Shown here piece by piece: positions 17,028 through 24,033 of a stretch of 24,033 nucleotides of DNA (the stretch's first letter is position 1; each line of letters begins with the position of its first letter). Under the pieces are notes generated by a model that saw nothing but the letters and a program-made list of their open reading frames with translations, made no database searches and was not told where the DNA came from. A program made the translations under genes and the position numbers. Source of the DNA: a virus (lineage: Duplodnaviria; Caudoviricetes); the IMG/VR virus record IMGVR_UViG_3300032087_000766, positions 1 to 24,033 of that record; one strand, written 5' to 3'.

Positions 17028-17037
17028 TTATTCTGTA

Positions 17038-17066
17038 ATAATAGCACACTTTCGATTTTGTGTCAA
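17038..17066 (-). promoter_or_regulatory. Sigma70-type promoter TTGACA-N17-TATTAT with extended -10 (TG)
   Basis: - strand: ttgaca caaaatcgaaagtgtgc tattat, in the nrdB-oxygenase intergenic region. Confidence 0.8.
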
Positions 17067-17087
17067 TACTTTTTACCCCTTCTCTTC

Positions 17088-17118
17088 AGAAAGCTAGAAA
17101 GCTAGAAAGCTAGAAAGC
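17088..17118. repeat. 8-bp tandem repeat (AGAAAGCT) x3 plus 7 nt, spanning the nrdB stop
   Basis: agaaagct agaaagct agaaagct agaaagc read directly from the sequence. Confidence 0.9.
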
Positions 17119-18069
17119 ATCTGCCCAACTCCCTTGAAGTGTACCTTTTGCATACTCCGTAGATCTATTTTCAAAAAAGTTTGTGTGCTCTACGCCATTG
17201 ACTACCCAGTCTACCCACTCTAAAGGATTATCTTTGACACCAAAGTTAGGTTTTAATCCTAGTTGTAGTAGTCTGCGGTCAGCTATATGTCGTATATATT
17301 GTTTAACTTCGTGAGGTTCTAGTCCTTCGACAGGACCTAACTCAAAAGCTAAGTCAATAAACCTATCTTCCAGAGTCACCATGTCTCTACAGATATCATA
17401 TAAACTCTTTTTAAAAGTATCATTCCAAACGTGTGGCTTCTCATCTAGCAGACAATGAAATAATTTTATCATACTTTCTACATGATGTGACTCGTCACGA
17501 ATAGACCATGCGACAATCTGCCCCATGCCTTTCATCTTACCATGACGTTGGAAGTTCAGCAACATGACGAAACTTGCAAACAGTTGCAAGCCTTCGCCAA
17601 ATGCTGAGAACACAGCCATGTCACGAACAAGCTGTTCATCTCTCGTGCCCCCCTTATTTTGCCAGAGATATTCATGCTTGTCGTTCATGGCTGCATATTC
17701 TTGAAACGCTTGATATTCTTTGTCATCCATACCTATTGTATCATTCAACAAAGAGTAAGAGTGTGCGTGGTTTGCTTCGCTAGTTGCGATAGCAGACAGC
17801 ATCATTCTTATCTCTGGTTGTTTAAACATAGGCATATAGACATCCATATAAGCTTGTGCGATATCAACATCTCCTTGTGTAAAGAAAGTTAATATCTGTT
17901 TAACTAAATTTTTTTCTACATTGTCCATACGATTGTTCCAATCGTTTACATCTTCGTGTAACGGTACTTCACTAGGAAGCCAATGCATTTTCTGTTGTAG
18001 ATCGTAAGCTTCAAAAGCCCACGGATATTTAAATGGTTTATAGTAATCTCTTGCTTCAAATACTGACAT
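17110..18069 (-). CDS. nrdB: Ribonucleotide reductase class Ia beta subunit
   Basis: FFTQGD, EANHAHSY (iron ligands plus radical Tyr), EGLQLF, RDESHH, NFFENRSTEY. AGGAGG SD. Confidence 0.95.
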   Translation of the reverse strand: MSVFEARDYYKPFKYPWAFEAYDLQQKMHWLPSEVPLHEDVNDWNNRMDNVEKNLVKQILTFFTQGDVDIAQAYMDVYMPMFKQPEIRMMLSAIATSEANHAHSYSLLNDTIGMDDKEYQAFQEYAAMNDKHEYLWQNKGGTRDEQLVRDMAVFSAFGEGLQLFASFVMLLNFQRHGKMKGMGQIVAWSIRDESHHVESMIKLFHCLLDEKPHVWNDTFKKSLYDICRDMVTLEDRFIDLAFELGPVEGLEPHEVKQYIRHIADRRLLQLGLKPNFGVKDNPLEWVDWVVNGVEHTNFFENRSTEYAKGTLQGSWADAF

Positions 18070-18078
18070 GTTTCCTCC

Positions 18079-19830
18079 TTATGCTTGACACATTACGCAT
18101 TCATCTTCATCGCTATCTGCTCTGACTTGTCTCTCTACTTTTAAAGATACATTCTCTGCCCTCTTGATAGCTTCACTTCGTAAGTAATACAAAGTCTTTA
18201 ACCCTTTTGTCCACGCTCTCTTGTGAACACTATTTAATCTTTTAACATCTGCGTCTGGTGCAAAAAATAAATTTAATGATTGCGCTTGACAGATGTACTT
18301 TTGTCTTTCTGCCGCGAGGTCAACCAACCAGGCTTGGTCGATTTCAATTGCGGTTTTGTATACATTCTTTTCGTGTGCATTGAGGAAGTCCAAATGCTGA
18401 ACACTCCCTCCAGAAGTAATAATGCTGGACCAAACATCTTTTGTATTCATCCCTTTCTTTTCTAATAGTTGTTCTAAATATTTATTCTTCAACAAGAAAG
18501 AACCACTCAAAGTTTTTTGAGAGAATGCATTCGCACGTAACGGTTCTATACTTGGTGATGTATTGCCACAGATAACAGAACTACTTGCATTAGGTGCAAT
18601 AGCTGTCATGTGTGAGAATCTTTTACCAGTGCCCTTCATATCTGGTGCTTCACCTTTTTCTTTTCCAAGAAGATAGTTAGCGTTATCACATTTCTTTTTT
18701 ATGTGATTAAATATTTTTAAGTTAGGCCCCATAGACATAGGACTTTGTAATGCTATGCCAATCTTTTGTAAGTAAGAATGAAAACCCATTGTACCTAAAC
18801 CAATAGACCGTTCTGATTGAGCACTCTTCACTGCTCTCCACATGGTAGAGGGGGCAGATTTGATGAATGAATCTAAAGTATTGTCTAACATTCTAACAAT
18901 ATCTTCTATAAACATTTCATCCTGTGACCACTCGTCAAAGTATTCTAAATTTAAACTAGACAAACAACACACTGCTGTTCTGTCTTCTGCTGTAGGTAAC
19001 GTAATCTCACTACATAAATTAGATTGATGCACCTTTAAACCTTTTGCTCTCAATTCTTTTGGTAATCCTTTTTGTACCGTGTCACCAAACATAATGTATG
19101 GTTCCCCAGTTGCTACCCTTGTCTCTAATAACTTTATCCACAGGGTTCTAGCTTTTACAGTCTTGACTACATCTTTGCTGTTAGGATCTATTAGATCCCA
19201 ATCCAGATCTCCTTCTACTGACTTCATAAACTTATCTGATATGACTACACCGTGGTGTAGATTTAGATTCTTTCTGTTAACGTCACCACCACTAGGCTTT
19301 CTCATCTCCATAAACTCTATGATCTCTGGGTGAGAGATGTCCATGTAACTGGCGTACGATCCACGTCTCGTAGATCCCTGGTTGAATGCTACCATTTGTG
19401 AGTCCACTACGTGCATAAAAGGAATAACCCCTGTGGTTTTATTACCTTTACTAGTTGACTGTCCCTGTGAGCGAATATGGCCCCAATAACCACCTATTCC
19501 ACCCCCCATGCTAGATAGCCAGATGTTTTCTGTATAGTGTTCAGCCAGCCCTGTTCTACTATCGGGTACGTAGTTTAAGAAACATGATATAGGTAAACCC
19601 CTGTCTGTACCACCATTGGATAACAGCGGTGAGGCAAACATAAACCACAGATTAGATACATATTTGTACAGTCTCTCGGCATGTGCCTTATTATCTGCGA
19701 AAGCCATGCAGGCTCTGGCAAATGATTCTTGTGGGCTTATTTCTTCTGGTAGCATGTACCTGTCACGCAAGATATCCACAGCATTCTTGGGCAACATTTC
19801 GTCTTTACTTATATCAATGTTTAATTTCAT
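18079..19830 (-). CDS. nrdA: Ribonucleotide reductase class Ia alpha subunit (no ATP cone)
   Basis: PISCF, GGGIG, QGSTRRG, SNLCSEI (thiyl-radical Cys), CCLSS, APNASSS, QAQSLN, KTLYY and a C-terminal CVMC. Confidence 0.95.
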   Translation of the reverse strand: MKLNIDISKDEMLPKNAVDILRDRYMLPEEISPQESFARACMAFADNKAHAERLYKYVSNLWFMFASPLLSNGGTDRGLPISCFLNYVPDSRTGLAEHYTENIWLSSMGGGIGGYWGHIRSQGQSTSKGNKTTGVIPFMHVVDSQMVAFNQGSTRRGSYASYMDISHPEIIEFMEMRKPSGGDVNRKNLNLHHGVVISDKFMKSVEGDLDWDLIDPNSKDVVKTVKARTLWIKLLETRVATGEPYIMFGDTVQKGLPKELRAKGLKVHQSNLCSEITLPTAEDRTAVCCLSSLNLEYFDEWSQDEMFIEDIVRMLDNTLDSFIKSAPSTMWRAVKSAQSERSIGLGTMGFHSYLQKIGIALQSPMSMGPNLKIFNHIKKKCDNANYLLGKEKGEAPDMKGTGKRFSHMTAIAPNASSSVICGNTSPSIEPLRANAFSQKTLSGSFLLKNKYLEQLLEKKGMNTKDVWSSIITSGGSVQHLDFLNAHEKNVYKTAIEIDQAWLVDLAAERQKYICQAQSLNLFFAPDADVKRLNSVHKRAWTKGLKTLYYLRSEAIKRAENVSLKVERQVRADSDEDECVMCQA

Positions 19831-19860
19831 ATTTCCTCTCTATTTACACACAAGGTGCGC

Positions 19861-19889
19861 AGTATAACATTTTTTATTTCAGCACGCAA
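19861..19889 (-). promoter_or_regulatory. Sigma70-type promoter TTGCGT-N17-TATACT (extended -10) for nrdAB
   Basis: - strand: ttgcgt gctgaaataaaaaatgt tatact, immediately after the helicase stop and upstream of the nrdA SD (GAGAGG). Confidence 0.6.
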
Positions 19890-21146
19890 TTACTTTTTTG
19901 GAAAAATTAAATTCCCCTCCAACTTTATGTATCCAGAATCTTGCATAGCTTTGATAGTCTGATCTAACTCACCAGGATTCTGTATCTTTCTCAGCAGTTC
20001 TCGCTTGAAGAAACGTAACTGCATGTGGTTCTTGTTACCAGATAGAAGTGTGGCATCTAGCCACACCTTCATATCATGAGCAATCCTACCTGTCTTCGCC
20101 ATACCAAAACCTTCCAAAGCTTTAGGCATATACTTCTCCATGTCAAACATAATCTCTTTTGTAGTTTCCCAATCATCAATTGTAATCTTACGACTAGAAG
20201 ATCGTGAAGCTGACACAGACATGGCAACTTTTAAAAAGTGTGACACACGTCTTTGACAATACTCCGACAGATGTGGATCAGTAGGTTCTGGTTGTACACC
20301 ATCAAAGATATCTGCATTAGCTAAGTCAAACGCATCTCTTTCAAACTCCATAGGTCCATACATTTTAGCCACACTACTTAAATCATTTCGCAGTTCATTG
20401 ATAGTGTGTTCACTAATAACTTTTTGTCTAAGATCTTGTGGTATCTTTTCCCCTTCATAAAACACAGGTATGATTCTAGATAATAAACCTTGTGACTTAG
20501 CATCTTCTGGTAAGTTATCTACAAACTGTGTAGGCGTAGCACAAGCTATCCAATTTAAACACGGACCTTGTATTATATATTCACCAGCAGTTTTTGTTTT
20601 GTGACTGTAAGAATCTTTAGCATCCCACATGTCTGTTAAAAACATTTGTAAGTATCTTTCGTTACGACCCATGAATGTACCAAACTCAGATGTAACTAAA
20701 GTCAAAGATGAATCATAGAACTCTGGGTTCTCTTCATTCATTAGACGCATATCCATACGTGTAATTTTAGTCATGTCTACTGCCAACTTCTCTGGTGTTA
20801 TCCTATCTTGGATAGTGTACAACGGAAACTTACGCAACCCATAGTCATCTAAAGATGTGTTAAAATTGTGATCGTCTTCTGTTGCACCAACAGGTGAAGT
20901 CAATCTGCTAAACACCTTTGAGAATGGCAGTATTAAACTGACAGATTTATTTCTGCCAGGAGAAGCTATAAGTATTACAAATAAATTAGAACCGATGTTG
21001 TAGTTAGGCATAGGAAACCATACCTTCCTACCCAGAGCACCTGCTACAGCAGACAAGGCTGTCCACTTAGCAAACGGCTTTGGTATCGGACTATCTTTTA
21101 CAGCGTCAACACATGCCTCAACAAAATCTTTGTGTTTTCGTGGCAT
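19890..21146 (-). CDS. DUF3987/YfjI-like P-loop NTPase, putative replicative helicase
   Basis: NLFVILIASPGRNKS (Walker A-like), ITPEKL, LVTSEFG (Walker B-like), LTDMWD, GLLSRI (Arg-finger-like). Lies next to the DNA polymerase. Confidence 0.7.
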   Translation of the reverse strand: MPRKHKDFVEACVDAVKDSPIPKPFAKWTALSAVAGALGRKVWFPMPNYNIGSNLFVILIASPGRNKSVSLILPFSKVFSRLTSPVGATEDDHNFNTSLDDYGLRKFPLYTIQDRITPEKLAVDMTKITRMDMRLMNEENPEFYDSSLTLVTSEFGTFMGRNERYLQMFLTDMWDAKDSYSHKTKTAGEYIIQGPCLNWIACATPTQFVDNLPEDAKSQGLLSRIIPVFYEGEKIPQDLRQKVISEHTINELRNDLSSVAKMYGPMEFERDAFDLANADIFDGVQPEPTDPHLSEYCQRRVSHFLKVAMSVSASRSSSRKITIDDWETTKEIMFDMEKYMPKALEGFGMAKTGRIAHDMKVWLDATLLSGNKNHMQLRFFKRELLRKIQNPGELDQTIKAMQDSGYIKLEGNLIFPKK

Positions 21147-21355
21147 TAATTAGCATTAGCCGTACGAATATTATCTGGATGTATCCTCACGATTTTCTCC
21201 AGGTCTGCTGTTGTCTCAATCCAAATGTTTCCATCTTCATCTGATTTCATTTCACTTGGTCCTTTGATATCCAGTCCGTGACATTTAGTATGTGTGTCTT
21301 TTTCTTTGACCACAATCATGCCATCTTCTACATATATCTTTTTTATTTCTTCCAT
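21146..21355 (-). CDS. Small hypothetical protein
   Basis: 69-aa ORF with AAGGA SD. Overlaps the polymerase stop and is TAATG-coupled to the helicase. Confidence 0.6.
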   Translation of the reverse strand: MEEIKKIYVEDGMIVVKEKDTHTKCHGLDIKGPSEMKSDEDGNIWIETTADLEKIVRIHPDNIRTANAN

Positions 21356-22872
21356 GTTATCATGTCCTTCCAGTTATCACCCACTTCTACAGAGGATGGT
21401 ATTATCATTTCACGCCCATTGACCGTCAATGGATTGTGCATTTTCTCAAGCACCATTGGCATGAGTTCATCTATCTTATCTTTATGACACTGGCCTAGTA
21501 TCGCATCATGCACTTGACCTAACACTTCTATACCAGAGTCCTTCAGTTCATCATATACTCTCCACAATCCTAGATTAAGTAAGTCACCTATCGTAGACTG
21601 TGGGACAAAAGCTATCGCCGCACGTAAAGTAGAAGCATCTTTAAGTCTATCCCAAAAGTGTCTACGTCTACCCATAGGCGTGACAAGACTACCTTTCTCA
21701 AGCAACTCTCTTTGTATAGCTGAATGCCATACTCGTATGCCTGGGAATGCCCCCCTTATCTTTAGTGTATCTTTTCCTATCTTCTCTCCTTGATCTATTA
21801 ATTCTTTGTATCCACCTTGTGGATCTTGTTTATGCCATCTCTCTAAAGATGTGGATGATACCACACCACCAAAATAAAGCAACTGAAATCGTGTAGCCTG
21901 CGACACTTTGATCTTTATTTGTCTAGCCAAAGAGTGAGGTGACACTCCATAGTTAGTTCCATGTCCTGCTCGTTTGCATATGTCACGGTAGGTATGATGT
22001 AAATAATATTTTCTATCAGCTAACGCTCTGTCTTGAACGGGATCATCTGACCAACCTAGATTAGGCCATACCATTTTCACAACTTCGGTATGCAAATCTG
22101 TACTCTCACATACATCTATATAGTTTTGATCGGCAGCCAAGTATGCAACGGCGCGAGACTCAGCTTGTTCTAAGTCAGCATAAAACATTTTGTTACCTTC
22201 ATCAGGTATAAATACTTCTCGTAAATCTTTTGTTATGTTCTGTAAGTTTGTGCCAGTACGCCACGGTGATTCTCTTGAAGACCATCTGCCTGTCTCTGTA
22301 CCTGCCACATTGTATGAACATCTTATTCTTCCATCCGTGTCACGCTTGGAGCTAAGAACTGAAAGGTTTTTATCTATGTCACGCAACGCCAGGATAGTTT
22401 TGCAAAAAGGTCTTGCTCTTGGATAGGATTCTGCTAACGATTCTAAAGCATCACGATCCGTAGATATTTTTTGTTTACCTTTCTTGTATGAAACTACAGG
22501 TGGTAAGTTAAGATCTTCGTATAATAATTTTTTAAGTTGCACTGGACTATTGTGATTTAAATCTTTGCCATTTACAGATCTTGAAAACAAATGTAACATT
22601 CTTTCTAGTTGTAATCTTTTTTCTTGTAAAGGTTTTCTAATTGCTTTTACTTTGTCTTCATCAACACGTAAGCCACGCAAGGTCATAGCCATGGCTGGCT
22701 TTAAACTTTTTATTTCAAAATCATATGTGCCTCTTGTCGTATCATCAAAGTCTTCAGATATTTTTTCCCATATCTCTTGAGTCAAAGCACAATCTAATGC
22801 ACAATATATCCAGTTGATCTGATCATCGTTGTAAGGTGATAGATCTAAATTATTATTACTTACTTTTATCAT
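21343..22872 (-). CDS. polA: Family A DNA polymerase, C-terminal part (ExoIII motif plus polymerase domain)
   Basis: YCALD (ExoIII) at the N-terminus, TETGRWSS, NLQNI, motif A YADLEQAESR, motif B RDICKRAGHGTNYG, motif C QVHDA. Confidence 0.92.
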   Translation of the reverse strand: MIKVSNNNLDLSPYNDDQINWIYCALDCALTQEIWEKISEDFDDTTRGTYDFEIKSLKPAMAMTLRGLRVDEDKVKAIRKPLQEKRLQLERMLHLFSRSVNGKDLNHNSPVQLKKLLYEDLNLPPVVSYKKGKQKISTDRDALESLAESYPRARPFCKTILALRDIDKNLSVLSSKRDTDGRIRCSYNVAGTETGRWSSRESPWRTGTNLQNITKDLREVFIPDEGNKMFYADLEQAESRAVAYLAADQNYIDVCESTDLHTEVVKMVWPNLGWSDDPVQDRALADRKYYLHHTYRDICKRAGHGTNYGVSPHSLARQIKIKVSQATRFQLLYFGGVVSSTSLERWHKQDPQGGYKELIDQGEKIGKDTLKIRGAFPGIRVWHSAIQRELLEKGSLVTPMGRRRHFWDRLKDASTLRAAIAFVPQSTIGDLLNLGLWRVYDELKDSGIEVLGQVHDAILGQCHKDKIDELMPMVLEKMHNPLTVNGREMIIPSSVEVGDNWKDMITWKK

Positions 22873-23134
22873 TTAATAATTCTCCTGCTATAGCTGAATA
22901 TCCTACCATGTCTACATAAGTATCTTTTGTTGGGTTAGGTGATTTAGTCCTTGCGACTTTTAATAATAACATCATGACTGCCACATCGTGTGCCGTAATA
23001 GTAGGTCCTAAATACGCTGTCCACAGTGTAGCTATGTTATCATGATTTTCTTTTTTGTCTCCGTACTCTTTCTCTCTTGGACCTTTTAATATCTTCAAGG
23101 CTTCTTTCAAGTTTTCTTCTATACTTACTACCAT
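22856..23134 (-). CDS. DUF6378-like small helical phage protein
   Basis: GPREKEYG...NIATLWTAYL...VAVMMLLLKVAR...DTYVDMVGYSA pattern recognised as DUF6378. GGAG SD. Confidence 0.75.
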   Translation of the reverse strand: MVVSIEENLKEALKILKGPREKEYGDKKENHDNIATLWTAYLGPTITAHDVAVMMLLLKVARTKSPNPTKDTYVDMVGYSAIAGELLNDKSK

Positions 23135-23408
23135 AAAATTTCTCCATTAGTTTATAAATTTCTTTACGAGTTGTTCTTCCATCTAGATCTGCTAAGTCAC
23201 AGATAAAATTAAAATCACTGTCCTCGTTGTCATCATTCACCCACTCCCATGCAGATAAATGAGCCTTCTTATCTTCTTTTCCTTTACCTTCGTAAACTAA
23301 ATCTTGCAGTGTTTGATCTAATACAGCACGCCATAAACGTATTGTATTTATTTGTTCTTCCCACTTCTCGTCTACATCTTTGGCAGAGAAATAATTTGGT
23401 CGCTTCAC
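23040..23408 (-). CDS. Hypothetical phage protein
   Basis: 122 aa (LWRAVLDQTLQD...AWEWV...FNFICDLADLD). Its GTG start overlaps the upstream TAG (TAGTG). Confidence 0.65.
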   Translation of the reverse strand: MKRPNYFSAKDVDEKWEEQINTIRLWRAVLDQTLQDLVYEGKGKEDKKAHLSAWEWVNDDNEDSDFNFICDLADLDGRTTRKEIYKLMEKFYGSKYRRKLERSLEDIKRSKRERVRRQKRKS

Positions 23409-24033
23409 TATTCATCGGCTTTCGTGCTGTGAGAAAACTTGGCTAGAGTTTTCCATGCACCCTCGTTAGTGTATATGGAGCCTAAGAAGCCTAAACCTTT
23501 TTCCATTTCTGGTTGCAAAGAATGCTGTGCATGCATCGTGTCATGCACTATACCTTTAACTTCTATGTCCTGTTTATATTTTAACCATGATACATCGTAA
23601 GATTGATTCTGTGCTACCTTTGCAATTTGTTTGTCTTCTAATAAATCTTTAACCCAATTCCACGCTTTTGTTTCATCATCTTTCTTCCAGTATCCATATG
23701 TGAATGGTACTACAATGGCATGGGTAGATGAGGGGGCAAACCCTATACATGTTATTCGCCCACCTGCTGTTTCAATATCAAATGCCAAAGGATGATCTGC
23801 GTTATCTCTTCTTATGAAGTCTTCTTTAAATTTATTTAGGTCGTTTATACTCGGCTCGATCCAGAGTTCTCTTTCGATGTTTTTTATTTCTTTTGTTTCG
23901 GATTCTTGTTTTGCTTTTTTGAAATCAGAATATAATATAGATCTCAATGCATAATTTTTTGACACACTAGACAGGGCGTAAGAAGGAACTATTTTTATAT
24001 CATCATTGATGTGTGAGGTGTTAGAGGAGATGA
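23408..24033 (-). CDS. DNA polymerase A N-terminal part: end of a UDG-like domain plus 3'-5' exonuclease ExoI/ExoII (start lies beyond the window)
   Basis: The frame is open to the window edge (ISSNTSHINDDIKIVPSYALSSVSKNYALRSILYSDFKKAK...). LAFDIET (ExoI), AQNQSYD (ExoII), HDTM, GLGFLGSIYT. Stops before any ExoIII motif. Confidence 0.8.
   Translation of the reverse strand, partial: ISSNTSHINDDIKIVPSYALSSVSKNYALRSILYSDFKKAKQESETKEIKNIERELWIEPSINDLNKFKEDFIRRDNADHPLAFDIETAGGRITCIGFAPSSTHAIVVPFTYGYWKKDDETKAWNWVKDLLEDKQIAKVAQNQSYDVSWLKYKQDIEVKGIVHDTMHAQHSLQPEMEKGLGFLGSIYTNEGAWKTLAKFSHSTKADE

Noticed and set aside
17044-17064. Imperfect palindrome ACAC-N10-GTGT in the promoter as an NrdR or CRP box
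   Set aside because: Spacing and core do not match either consensus, and it lies downstream of nrdAB.
17088-17118. CRISPR-like or attachment-site repeat
   Set aside because: Units are 8 bp, directly adjacent, with no spacers. No cas or integrase gene in the window.
22873-23407. Group I intron or intein interrupting polA
   Set aside because: The gap is fully coding, with no HNH/GIY-YIG/LAGLIDADG motif, no non-coding room for a ribozyme core, and no Cys/Ser...His-Asn intein ends. The downstream half has its own RBS.
14545-23446. Short + strand ORFs across the replication arm (e.g. 14545..14760, 17574..17783, 19616..19867, 22190..22426)
   Set aside because: They overlap confidently assigned - strand genes and show no motifs or other independent support.

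Overview
This window is a tailed dsDNA phage genome fragment, low in GC (roughly 35% by eye). Its gene content suggests a podovirus-like marine phage, possibly of an alphaproteobacterial host; this is inference only. Two gene arms converge at about 10,190. The + arm (1-10195) carries the end of a virion module: three probable internal/ejected virion proteins and a 2594-aa polyvalent protein with HExxH zincin, ParB/Srx-like HEGRHR and PLxRFG motifs. The - arm (24033->10188) carries a family-A DNA polymerase split inside its 3'-5' exonuclease domain, with two genes in the gap. It continues with a DUF3987-like helicase, class Ia ribonucleotide reductase (nrdA, nrdB), a 2OG-Fe(II) oxygenase, an HTH-metallophosphoesterase and several small ORFs. 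Two of these small ORFs are missing from the ORF track, one of them a Cys/His-rich metallothionein-like peptide. The arm ends with an endolysin, a holin and three exported/membrane proteins of unknown function where spanins would normally sit. Three near-consensus host sigma70 promoters are visible on the - strand, and one has its -35 box inside the loop of a terminator-like hairpin. No rRNA, tRNA, CRISPR array, integrase or phage RNA polymerase is seen. Family assignments come from motif recognition by eye, not from database searches.
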